A stretch of DNA of 62,761 nt, counting the filler, from Perkinsus olseni (taxonomy: Eukaryota), in the NCBI GenBank assembly GCA_013115125.1. It is 6 parts of 6 records of this genome, joined end to end, with 100 filler letters (N's around TTAATTAATTAA, not from the genome) between each part and the next. Parts side by side here need not be neighbours in the genome. Positions count along the whole stretch, not along the records: positions 20,983 to 31,357 come from JABANN010000881.1; positions 31,458 to 41,832 come from JABANN010000882.1; 4 more parts are not named here. The stretch is one strand, 5' to 3'. Shown here one piece after another: positions 23,633 through 34,991 of this stretch. Each line of letters opens with the position of its first letter. Positions within the stretch are counted from its first letter, which is position 1. The position numbers and the translations under genes were made by a program. The notes beneath the pieces were generated by a model. The model saw nothing but the letters and a program-made list of their open reading frames with translations. It had not been told where the DNA came from and made no database searches.

Positions 23633-24584
23633 CGGGGAACCTCCATTCATACATCGCTGTTTCATACATTGTAGGTTTCGTCCACGATTGTTTTGTCCAT
23701 GGTAGGGTTCAGCCTGCTTGTTTCGTCCATGTTACTTCTGTCCATCCTCTTTCATACACACCTCTTCCGTGCACGGGTCTTACGTACATGGTTCTTTCAT
23801 CCACGCCGTTTCATCCAATCATGCTCTAACTCCGCTTCCTTCGTCCAGGGCCTTTCGTACAAGCCTTTCGTACACATCAGTTTCGTCCACGCTACTTTGA
23901 CATATGTGACGCCGCGGCGTCACATATGTCTAAAAGTAGCGCGCTGGCGGCTCCACCAGTGCCACCCATGCCGTCTGCCCCTACCCAGATTTGAACCTGG
24001 GACCATCGTCATTCAAGCCGGGAGCTCTACCAATTCCGCTATTACCATCACCTACTACGATCTAAGAATCTCACCGCCGCCTCTCCTGGTGAGTCACCAG
24101 TGGTGACGATCTAGCACCCCCACATCAGGTTGTCTCTGTGGTGATCCCAGTGCCTAGAGGCTACAAACATGAATGGAGCCAAGTTGAATAGGTTGGGTAT
24201 CGCATGGGCGGTACTTTGTCGGAATTCAGTAGTCTTACAGGTGAGTAGGTTAGCAGCTCAAGCTCGTATTCCCGAAATCGTGGGTTCATTTCCTCCGATG
24301 AACATTTGCGTGTCGTCAGTTTCATATTTACGAACCACTATCGGACGAATGAATTTTTTTCGAAAAGATCGTGGTTGAATAGATCAAAATGAGCATATCT
24401 TTGGATTAACCGCCCATGGACGAAATAATCGTGTACGAAACCGGTTATGGATGAAAAAATCGTGACCGAAACATACACCTTTTCGATGTACGAAAAGATC
24501 ATGAATGAACCAAAATTTGTACGAAACAATCTTGGATCGAAGCTGCAGTGGACCAGTCGATCATGGACGAATCGCGGTACACCC
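23633..24584. mobile_element. 952-bp non-autonomous TIR element, family C, with 8-bp TSD
   Basis: GGCAGATG at 23625-23632 and 24585-24592; imperfect termini CGGGGAACCTCCATTCATACA / GGGTGTACCGCGATTCGTCCA(rc); inverted TTCGTMCA ladders at both ends. Confidence 0.85.
23976..24048 (-). ncRNA. tRNA-derived sequence inside element C
   Basis: rc ATGGTAA TAGCGGAATTGGTAGAGC ... GGTCCCAGGTTCAAATCTGGG; A and B boxes at tRNA spacing, acceptor and anticodon stems unpaired. Confidence 0.6.
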
Positions 24585-24793
24585 GGCAGATGACCTCGAC
24601 GAAAGTCTGACCTCGTATACAGTAGTCGCCGATGTAGACAATGATATCCGACTCCTTGGGGACGGTCGGGCCAGCAGCAGACCCCTTACCGGGCAGAATA
24701 CTCGCAGTTATAGATGGTCGGGACAAGGAGCCATCGGTCAGGGGTGGAGAAGGACTTGGGGCCGAGAGCTTGTGGAACGTCAACGGGTTGAGC

Positions 24794-25718
24794 GGGATGT
24801 TCACGACTCGTACACTGTCATTTCATACACACACCCACTTTCAACTCGTACACCGTCATTTCGTACACCCTGCGAAAATTTTTTATGCAACTTGCCTAAA
24901 AAATTTTCGCGCTCTGCCACCTCTAATTGACTATTTATCTGCTCTTTGCAGTGCCGGGCCGGTACATGGGCTATGTACCGTAGCATCGTTCTCATGTGAT
25001 GCTATGTAACATAGCATCGAATCCGCGACCTTTGAATTCGTTACCCCTCAACCTCCATACCATTTACACTACTGAATGTCCTCACAATGTACTCACAGAG
25101 TGGCGCAAACAATTCGCTCTCTATAGACAATACGAGCGGAGCCCGTCGCTTTGCTCCGGAGTCGCTTCGCTCCAATGGCGGCACTCTCAGCAGAAATGTT
25201 GTGCAGTTAGGCGTAAGTGCAAGAAAGTGTGAATTTTTCACGCGCGATGTAGTGAATGAATAGAGTTCGTGTGAGAGATGAAGGCAGAGAATGTGAATAT
25301 ACCGGCATGAATGAGGAAGCTGTGGAGTTGATTGAGACGCATGTCAAAGACGGGAAGAAATAGAATCAGAATTGTGACAAACTTGACAAATGTGAGTATT
25401 TCACGCACGATTATGGCCGCGTAGCATATGGGTATTAATTACTTCCTTCGCTCCGCCATTGCTTTCAGCGCGCGGCCCAGAAATGCGACTCAAGCAGCGT
25501 AGTGTACGAGTCGTGCTCGTGTACGCGTTGACGATGTACGAGTTTTATGTGTATGGGTTTTACGTGTATGAGCTTTATATGTTCGAGTATTATGTGTACG
25601 AGTTTCAAGTGTACGAAACGACGGTGTACGGATCCAAGGGGTGAACGAGCATTCAGCGTACGAGTCGTGTATGAAATGAAAGTGTACCAGTTTTCGGTGT
25701 ACGAGTCGTGATACACTT
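24794..25718. mobile_element. approx. 925-bp non-autonomous TIR element, family B copy 2
   Basis: Inverted termini TCACGACTCGTACAC / GTGTACGAGTCGTGA; 15-bp ladder 25502-25710; no TSD seen. Confidence 0.8.
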
Positions 25719-26831
25719 GTGTCGGGAAACCTCTAGTAGAAATTTTCCGACACACCAGTCGACTTCTTACCAATAATAGAACCACGGAGAGCCGCCAACA
25801 TCGAACACTACGGGCCACAATGTGGCCGCCACATGGTCCTTGGCGCCGCATACGAAGCAGCCCGCACTAAACTTCTTATATGGACAGTCCTTCAACCAAT
25901 GCTCACCACCACATAAAAGGCACTTCTTAGGAAGCGTTACGGCCGCGAGCCTTCTCTCTCGCTGGTCAAACAGCTTCTCTAGCGAACCGACCAAAGCTTG
26001 GACCACACTAGAAGGAGGCCCCAGACCATCATCACTACCCATAGTAGCGTCTGCTTGCGATGCGGCTGCAGGCCGACTGGGCTGGGAGGGCGGGCTAAAT
26101 TTTTCCTTGTAAACCTCAAGCTCGACGCGGAAGTACTGGCTTGGCCGCATCCGGAGAGTTGGCGATCAACCTATCCATAACCATCTGGTCCATGGTATCG
26201 GCACTGAGATTTTTATCACTGGGTGAGGACTTGTTATAGTGGTTCATACAACGGTGAAGAGAAGTCAAGAAACGCCACCAAACGAGTAATACGATCCCAA
26301 GTCATACCGTTAAATTTAGCGAGAATCTCATCGGGCCGAACCGGGGAGAGCATTGCCAAAAACGATAAACGATCCGCCTTAAAGTCCTTCTTAGTACAGT
26401 GTTGATGCCACACATCGAAATAGACGTCACAGAGATGATTACCAAGACGCTCAGCCATTCGAGGATCAGTCCAACCCGACCCACGAGCATCGGCTTCATA
26501 GCGACGTAGCCAATCCTCGAAGTTAGTAACACCATCGTAACGCTCAGGCATAGGCGTCTGCATTACTTGAATCACTGTAGAACCAGCGGGACCAGACGAC
26601 GAAAGGAAAGTAGGACGGGTCGAAGAATCAGCGGAACCTCAGAATCAGAATCAGAATCATAACCGGCCTCTCTAAAGGCCCTCACTACCTCGTTGTGAGC
26701 TACGGCACTAGGTCGGGCCGTATCGCGAGCCACACCGGCCACTTCACCAGAGGCTCCTACCCTCTTATACTGGTCGAAGGTGGCTCGCAACTTCATCCAC
26801 ATTCTTCTCAATCGTAGGAAAGTCACCAGAT

Positions 26832-27645
26832 CGGTGAGGATCATATCGTACAGTTGCAACTCGTAGCAACTCTGCTCGTGTACCACAAATTCGTACAGTT
26901 TCACCTCGTACAGTGCCAAATCGTACAGTTTCACCTAATACAGTGTTAAACCGTACACCCTACTCTCGTACTCCCACGATCTCGTACAACCCCGCCAATT
27001 TTTTAGAAAATTAGAAAATTGGCCGAGCGCGCTTAGCGCGCGCGCCACTGCCCCTGCCGCGTCCACCGTCGACATCGGACAACCAATTTTGGAGCACCCG
27101 CGAATTGAACCTGGGAATACCGCTTGCCAGCAGGCCCCCCGTCCGCGCGAACACTTTCCCTCACCGAAACTCTCGTTTCCGCCAGCGAGATTCACAGCTC
27201 AGTAAATGGCAGCAGCGCTCCGCCTGATGGGAATAATTTTTCATTCCGCATTTCAAGAAAATGTGTACGCATCGTGTCTAGTCATTTTCCCTAAAGTTAC
27301 TTCGCATTGTACATGTAGAATTTACTAAACAACACTGTATCCGTTGCAACTGTACTGAAGGAGACTGTACGTGCAGCAAGTGCACTGAACGACACAGTAC
27401 CTGCAGCAACTGTACGGTTCAACACTGTACGAAATGACCCTGTACTGACTGCAACAAGATGAACTGACACTGCACCATAAGACACAAAATGAGTTGCAAC
27501 TGAACCAGTTGACACTGTACGAGTTGCAACTGTACCATATGTCAGAAGATGAAAGTCGGTTGTACGGATTATTAATGTACCACTTCTCAGCTGCGCACCA
27601 GCTGAGACCTGTACCAGTCGACACTGTACGATATGATACTCACCC
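26832..27645. mobile_element. 814-bp TIR element, family A copy 2, opposite orientation to copy 1
   Basis: Termini CGGTGAGGATCATATCGTACAG / CTGTACGATATGATACTCACCC; about 90 bp at each end match 22845-23128; no TSD seen. Confidence 0.88.
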
Positions 27646-28100
27646 GGCTGCCAATGGAAGCTAGAACTGTCGTGTTCAGTCGCGTGGTTGATGTGACGGT
27701 CACTCAAGGATTAATATCACGTCACGACCTAAAACGGATAAGCCTCATGTTTCGGTGATTTAATTGGATAGCCACGGAAGAGCAGACGGGGACAGAGTCT
27801 AGTAGACTCAGTCTATGCTACTACGTGATGTGCGTGCGGGACATGGCGTCACCGCGGGCCCTGGGCTTACACGCGTACAAGGCTAAGCTATAGCAGCTTA
27901 GTTATGACACCTCCACCCTCAGAAACACATGCACCGATTTAAGGTAAAGGAGGTAAGGGCAGCAGCAGGCCGCTAGCTCGATTGGCAAGCGAATACTTCT
28001 TGCCTCTAAACAGCCGGCACACAGGTTGTACACGCGCAATGCACAAGAAATCGATCAAAATTGCGCAAAGGCAGTCGCAGGTTCGAAGGTGAACCGCAAA

Positions 28101-28230
28101 AATCTAAGGAGAGTGTAAGTTTTCTAAGGAGGTCTGCATTTTCCAAGGAAGCCGGAAAAATCTAAGGAGAATGTGAAGAATTCTGAGGAGGTCTGCAAAG
28201 TCTAAGGAAGGCTGCGTCACACCTAAGGGA
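28101..28230 (+). repeat. approx. 20-bp-period tandem motif CTAAGGA, about 7 copies
   Basis: tctaaggag, tctaaggag, tccaaggaa, tctaaggag, tctgaggag, tctaaggaa, cctaaggga. Confidence 0.75.
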
Positions 28231-28567
28231 GTAGTCGTGCACGCCCAAACTAACCACACGCACATATGCACACTGCACTTCTACACACTGCTCATATGAT
28301 ATGAGTAATATTAAATTAGTTAGCACATATTGAGCAATTCGGGGCCGAGTCATCAGCGGCTGCCATGTCGTCTTCGTAGGGGTGATTTCCAAGAAATGGC
28401 GCCACCGGTGATTTACCATTTGAGGGCGGAGGGAGATGGCCTAAAGAGCTGAAGTCTCGACTCCAAACACTCTTCGACACCCGCCTGCAGGAGGCTTACA
28501 CGAGCAAAAGCACGGAGACGGGAGTATACAAGGTCTACAAGTGTTGCAGCCACACCGAATGCCCTTT

Positions 28568-28658
28568 CCGGGTAGGCTGTTATCCGGGTAAGAGCTTATA
28601 GCCGGGTTAACGCTGTTATCCGGGTGAGAGCTGATATCCGGGTTAAGGCTGTTATCCA
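28568..28658 (+). repeat. approx. 18-bp tandem repeat, 5 copies (CCGGGT..GCTGTTAT)
   Basis: Direct inspection; two alternating unit variants. Confidence 0.8.
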
Positions 28659-28927
28659 AGGCCTCAGAGAAAAAACCCCAATAGCAAGGCAAGACCATAA
28701 CCTCCGTGAACCCGAAACCCGACTCAGGTCGCCCTCCGGGCGACGATCACCCAAAACCGGAAGGGGGGGCAGTGTGAGAGCTGAGAGGTTTCCTTAGGAA
28801 AAAAAATGAAATTCCCTGAGGAAGTGCCGAATCTCCCTGAAGTAGGATGCGCTGTGTTGTGTGTTGCAGTTATTGAGATTTGGTTAGTGGTCAAGTTAGT
28901 CTTCTTTAACGTGAGTGCTGTAGTGTC

Positions 28928-29782
28928 ATGTCCGCCATTAAGCTTGAACAAGTTCTTAAAAGGTATAACGGTGCCACTTCCGAAGAGGAGGGGGACACGT
29001 TTCAGCACTGGCTCACCAAGTTTGAGCTGGTAGGTGGTATTCAGGATTGGAACGAGGAGAAGCAGCGCGAGTATGTGCCCTTGTTTTTCGAGGGACCTGC
29101 CTGGGACGTTTATGAGTCTCTTCCTGCCGCTACTACTGCTACTAAAGGAGCTCTGGTTACGGCGATGGAAGCTGCGTTTAGCCCTACTAAATCGGATGCG
29201 TGGGTTCAGTTCCAAGCTCGCGATTTCAGGGAAGGTGAAGGAGTCGACTCCTACTTGAGTGAGTTGAGGAGACTATTACGGTTGTCAGGGACTGATCCTT
29301 CCACTGCCCCTAGCGTCCTGGCGGAACGTTTTGTCGCTGGTCTGCCCTCTTCCGCTGCCGAACAGATTCGTCTGCTTGCGGCTCCAGAAGGTGAGCTTGA
29401 CTTGTCTGAAGCCGTGTTGCGTGCACGAACTTTGCTTCCTCAGAATATGCATTCTGCTACTGTGGTTGCTGGTACTAACTCTCGCCACGCTGGCCATTCC
29501 TACGATCGTTCACGAAAGGATAATAGGAATCGGTCTCAGGGTTCGAGATCGTCAAAGGTGATATGCTATAAATGTGGTCGACCCGGGAATATTCGTCGGA
29601 ATTGTCCTTTGTCAAGGCATTCTGCTTCTGGTAATGTTCCTCGTGATGAAGCTCCCTCTACTCCCTTTACTGCTGCTATTAGCACCTCTCAAGGTGATGC
29701 TCCTGTTCAGTCTACTGAGTCGGGAAACGGTCAGGGACTCCCGCGTGCTCAGGGGTGCGAGAGTCCGTCAGATGTACTATAG
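28928..29782 (+). CDS. Ty3/gypsy-like Gag
   Basis: YNG..FQHWLTKFE, F.AR....GEGVDSYLSELRRL, CYKCGRPGNIRRNC knuckle (His replaced by Asn). Confidence 0.88.
   Translation: MSAIKLEQVLKRYNGATSEEEGDTFQHWLTKFELVGGIQDWNEEKQREYVPLFFEGPAWDVYESLPAATTATKGALVTAMEAAFSPTKSDAWVQFQARDFREGEGVDSYLSELRRLLRLSGTDPSTAPSVLAERFVAGLPSSAAEQIRLLAAPEGELDLSEAVLRARTLLPQNMHSATVVAGTNSRHAGHSYDRSRKDNRNRSQGSRSSKVICYKCGRPGNIRRNCPLSRHSASGNVPRDEAPSTPFTAAISTSQGDAPVQSTESGNGQGLPRAQGCESPSDVL
29722..29766 (+). promoter_or_regulatory. -1 programmed ribosomal frameshift signal
   Basis: G GGA AAC in gag frame, 6-nt spacer, stem GGACTC-C-CGCG...TGCG-A-GAGTCC; -1 frame open into pol. Confidence 0.8.
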
Positions 29783-31357
29783 GTGCTTCAGGCCCCATTA
29801 GTCATAGTAAATCCCCTCGTGTTTATGTTCAAGTCCAGTCGAAGCTGAAGTGTGTGTCTGTATTAGACACTGGAAGCGCTGTTAGTCTGGTCTCATCTGA
29901 GACGGTGAGTAGACTAGGTTTATCAGGGTCAGTTCAACGACATGCTACTGGTGATTGTAGGTTATGTACTGTTGATGGGACTTCTTTACGGTGTTTCGGT
30001 GAAGTATCACTGAAGGTTCAGCGCGATAGTGATTCGGTTCGACTTGGTGATTTCACATGGAATTTCCATGTAGTAAGTTCATTGGAGGCTCTTAAATGTC
30101 AGCTCCTAATCGGTGCTGATATTATCTCAGAGTGCTTCCATGGTATTCAGTTGTATTACTCTGGTGGCCGGTTATCTGGCGTTGTGGCAGCTCATGTTTC
30201 TACCACCACTAATGTGAGTAATGGTTCGGCTGTTGCTGGTGCGGAGCAGGAAAAACGCCCCGCAGGTGCACTTCTTAGTGTATTGTCGTCTTCTTTTGAG
30301 GCGTCATCGACGGTACGGTTATCTCGTCATGTAGCTGTCCAGGAGGAGTTTTCAGGAACTACTGAAGCTTCTGGTAAGAACGATTTGAGGAGCGTCAAAT
30401 TGTCTATGCAAGATTTTGATACTTGGTGGTCTAAGTCCGATGGATACTGGACTTTCAGGTGGCATTGGAAGGATGACCAGCCACCTCTGAACCCTATTTA
30501 CTCTCGGTTAGCCAAGTATCCGGTGAAGTTGACTGCGCAGCAGGAGCAGCAATATGACCAAGAACTGTCATCATGGATCTCAAGCGGTTGGCTTATACCG
30601 TACGATGAAAAGAAGTTCGGTCCGGTCAAGGTAGAATTGCCTTTTCTGCCAGTGGTTCAAGCCCATAAAAGCTCATCCCCGTTACGGGCTTGTGTCGATG
30701 CTCGCCGATTGAATGACCTGGTCATCAACACGCCTGGTTATTCTACTATATCTTGCCCTGATAAATTGCGGCAATGGCGGCTTCGATGTAGTCAAAATCA
30801 TGAAGGTGCTTTGGTCGACCTTCGCAAAGCGTACCTTCAGGTGCGCTTGGACCCTTCTTTATATCCTCATCAAGTGGTGCGATATCGAGGCTCCCGGTAT
30901 GTTCTATCTCGCATGTGTTTTGGACTTTGCACATCGCCTCGGGTGCTTACTTGCATTGTTGCATATATATTACAACGTTCGGGACTGCCCGTCTCTCTTG
31001 CAGATTCCTATGTGGATGATATATATGTGGCAGATAAGGCTCTGGTACCCAAGGTTGTAGAGCAATTCCGGCTATTCGGACTGCCCTGTAAGGAGCCTGA
31101 ACCTCTTGGTGCTGGAGCTCGAGTCTTAGGCCTTGAGCTCGTTGATGACCATGGTGACTTATGTTGGACTCGCCGGCCTGATGTAGATCTGTCTCTTCCC
31201 TCCCCGCTTACGAAACGTTCTCTGTTTCAGTGGTGTGGAAGGTTGACCAGCCATTATCCTATATGTGACTGGCTAAGGCCGGCCACTTCCTATTTGAAGC
31301 GCATCTGCTGTGAAGGCCTTGGTTCTAATGCTGCTTGGGATCGTCCGGTTTTACCTG
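29728..31357 (+). CDS. Pol (aspartic protease plus reverse transcriptase), truncated at contig end
   Basis: VLDTGSAVS protease; DLRKAYLQV, RMCFGL..SP, YVDD RT motifs. Confidence 0.92.
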
Positions 31358-31457
31358 NNNNNNNNNNNNNNNNNNNNNNNNNNNNNNNNNNNNNNNNNNN
31401 NTTAATTAATTAANNNNNNNNNNNNNNNNNNNNNNNNNNNNNNNNNNNNNNNNNNNN
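31358..31457. other. artificial contig linker
   Basis: N44-TTAATTAATTAA-N44. Confidence 0.99.
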
Positions 31458-31891
31458 TCAAGTTCTGAACTGTTGGGTTCAGTCAATGTCTGACAACCCT
31501 CAAGGGAGCGGAACACCTGCCGTTAATAGTCGCGGCACTGAAACGGCGTCGTAGCTCATCACTGATGGGCAGCCTCACCGAGTTGAACCCTTGGAGTTTG
31601 CGGAACCTAGCCCGAGGGCGAATACGGTGTTTGACTGGTAGAACACTCGTGCTATCAGTTCCGGTTCCCTTCTATCTCGTGCATAAGGCGAGGCACAACC
31701 TCTGTCGCCTTCAGCCTTAGCAACTGTTTTCCTGTTAGTATTCCTGGGCATCGACCAACACTACTTCTATTCGGAGCGGGAGCGCTCGATGATCATCGAG
31801 GTGTATTGCCTGTTGACTTCAACGACAACTGCCTCACTCAAAAACAGCGATGCTGATGCAGAAACAATAGAAGTTGATGGTACAGGTGGAC

Positions 31892-34675
31892 TTAGTTTTC
31901 ACTCCCGATATTTTTATCGAACAACTTAACATCATCTTCGCCCAATATCTTTTCAAGAAGCTTCTTCGGAACCACCCCTTCAGTGTAATCATCAGAAGCC
32001 AACACGCTGAAGTCCGACGGCCGGGGAACTCTCAGAACGTTCGGGCAGATCTCCTCGACGCCTTCCGGTCGCCCTGTACCAACACAGTGATAAAACAACT
32101 TGAACAGGACTGTTGCCGTCGTGTCTGCAAGAAGGGCATCGGCCGCGGCCTGCACGGTGGCCAGGGACGCGCCTTGGCCCTCCTCTGAGAAATACGTCAA
32201 CCACCAGCCTTCCTTATCGCCACCGTGAGAGACCACCGTCTGTAGCACCGAGACAAGGGAGGGCGAGGCGACATCTGCTGAGCGCGAGGGAAGAGACATC
32301 ACGGCAAGGCGATACGGAAGCTGCTGATTCTCGCCAGGAAGTAAGGGCTTGTCTGTGCAAAAGACCGCGCGCCACGAAATTGTGTGGTTGGACTGCTGCG
32401 AGGGCACGTAGTCAGCCGAGATAACTGCGTGTTGGCAACTAATAACCTGGCCACTCTCGGTGGTGACTTCCACCGACCCTTCACTGGTCGAAGATGCGCT
32501 TCTTGGAGTGCATCTCAGAACGTGCACGCCGGACTCGACGGCACAGCGACGAGCGAAGGCTTGGACGATATCACCTGTGCCGTACGTTGGCAGCAGAAAG
32601 GCGCATCTGAAGGGGCACGCGAGCTCGAGATTAATCCCATGCGCAATATCCAACTATTTTGTCGAAGCACGAACCAAGATATTGTGGGCTGTTTCCTACC
32701 ACTCCTCCCACAAATCGTAGTTCGGCGTTATCGGCTACGCAAATGACCACCAGCTAGCAGCTATTCGGGGACAAACCAATACTGAAACTTAAAATCGATT
32801 CTGGAAGCACCTTCATCCCTGGCTTGATGAACAGGGCCTTTTCGAGGGGCTGAACTGTTCCCCAGAAAAAATTATATCGGCGGTCGTCTAAGCCGTAGTG
32901 TCACCGCTGGACTTTAAACTCGCACACACCTCCGCGCGTGCGAAACAAAATCACGATCGATTCCGAACTTCAGAATTAGCCCAACAGTTCTCGCTTCAGA
33001 TGCACAGACTAGCAGAAACTACGACGAAAAAAACGCAGAAGCCGCCCCCCCCCACCCCCCCACGGTCCTCACCCGTCGCTATCGTAGACTTGCAAGGACT
33101 CCACGAACTGGATGAGCCTCCGCTGCAGCTCCACACTCTTGTTATTCGACCAATCGTCTTCATCCACATCGAGGCAGACAGCATACTTGAATCCATCTAC
33201 CAATCTGCTTGGCAACGTAGACAAGTCAAGCTCGGCCGCTCGATGTAGCAAAATCTTGCTATCTTGCTCTTCCTCAATGCTATTGTACGTATCAGTTCCT
33301 ACCGCCGCTGCACTCTGGAACGCCAAAGTCGGCGGAAGGTTCGCCGAAGACGTGAGGAATTTCATCAGCTGCCGTTTTTCGAGCAGCGATAATCCCTTGT
33401 GCTTGAAGATCTGTTGCCGGGTCACCGGTACCGTGAGAGTATCAGACAGACGTAGCTGAGATCTTGCACTCTTGCCATCACTTGAACTTTCTCCACCCTC
33501 TGGTGCAGTCCATACCATAAGCGTATCTTTGAGTTTTTGGAACTCCAAGTACGCAGCACAGCCACTCTCTAATAGCAGATCGACCATTCTGCTTTTACAG
33601 TATCTGCAAAAAAGGCGAAGCGATGCGCGATAGTTCTCCTGTCAAATACGACGCCTTCTTCAATCCTAGGAGCCCCATCGAAACTGAGGCGACTATCAAA
33701 CACCCTATTCGTATTCCACTTCCCTCATCCATATCGAACTGCTAGTTGGACTCCAATCACGGGTCATCTAGAAGCGTGCCAGTTTGACGGCCGTTTTTAC
33801 GTCACAACTGACAAGTACGTATTTGATTTCCCGTCCATTAACACGATTGTTGACGAGAAGATTCAACTTGGCGTTGCGTCCGAAAGTCGAACGAAGAAAG
33901 TTTCTGCTGATTCTCAACATCAGCTCACGAGCGTATGTTTCCCTTACGGTTTTCGTCCTCTGTTTCTACTCCGAGAAGTTACGGAAACCATTTGCGTCAT
34001 TCACACCCCTTGCATACTTCGTGATTCCAATTGCGGTGTATCAACATCAGAGACAGACACTCTTTGGTTCCTCGGAATCGGAAATCGTCACGCGCCACGA
34101 AATTCGACCTTACAGAATTCGCGGGTTGAGGTCGATAGAGAATCTGCTGGAGTATCTTTCGAGCTCCTCCCGCAACGTAGCATCATCAGTGATCTCGAAT
34201 GACCGGTCCACCAAGTATCGCTGACGGCCATATCCTAGGTTGACCCCTGATCATCACGATCAGAATAGATTCTTGCAACCGAGCCAACTGCAGGCCAACT
34301 TGAACTCTTGCATTTCCCTAACGCTCTCAACGACCAGTTATACACTATCTGCCCCCAGCAGTATTACGGTTAACTTGGCGCGCCACGAAATTGTCAGACT
34401 CGCTCGGCTCCTCCGCCGCCCAGTCCCGCAGCTCTCGAAGAGACAGCGATGCCGAAGACCCGCCGTAATAACTGTTCGAGTCCAGATGAAGCACCTGATG
34501 GACTTTCCCGCGCGCCACGAAATTCTCCGTCACTCACCTTCTTCCCTTTCGCCGAGAGAGAAGCTCCCAGAATGCACTCTGTCAGTCCGGTACCGACTAT
34601 AACCACATCAACGTTCCGAGTGGCTTCATCGAGCAAGGGCTCGCTGGTCTCTTCAGACGTATCAGAGGAGGTCAT
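31892..34675 (-). CDS. Rab escort protein / GDI family protein, multi-exon
   Basis: DVVIVGTGLTECILGASLS, VLHLDSNSYYGG, SIDLNPRIL, LLEKRQLMKFL, FLLPTYGTGDIVQAFARRCAV. Confidence 0.9.
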
Positions 34676-34991
34676 ACAGAATCAACAACTGCGAGTGATG
34701 TTCCTTCTGACAACTCAGTGCCACTTGGAACGAAGGGGAAGTCCAACTGAAGTGTGTGTGCCTTTACAGTCCAACGCCGACAGTACGGCAACCGCAGTAA
34801 TAATGATACTAGCCTTTTATTCAAGGCAGAGGCACTCAGGTGAGGCAATCAGTCAAGACTGTGAAATGCAATCAAGAGTCTCCGTCACTCAACATATCAC
34901 AACTAGGAACCAAGAGACGCATCAGAGTTGCAGAGAAAACCCCGAGGAACTCTACTCACAGCTAAAGGTGCCAGAAACGAGTCTGGTAAAA

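Larger units (their letters stand above)
23137..26831 (-). pseudogene. decayed LTR-retrotransposon gag(-pro) region interrupted by two TIR elements
   Basis: PERYDGVTNFEDWLRRYE..GW gag motif (26234..26575); zinc knuckles CLLCGGEHWLKDC and CFVCGAKDH (25767..26150); extent of the downstream part uncertain. Confidence 0.7.

Noticed and set aside
24977-24996. ACCGTAGCATCG resembling the start of the Perkinsus/dinoflagellate spliced leader (weaker matches near 35567 and 62249)
   Set aside because: Only about 8 nt match; no GCTCAAG end, donor site or downstream gene context
21270-27645. TGTACGA ladders as a CRISPR-like array or repeat-protein ORFs
   Set aside because: Period is only 15 bp with no repeat-spacer structure and no cas genes; the Tyr/Thr-rich ORFs are by-products of the periodicity
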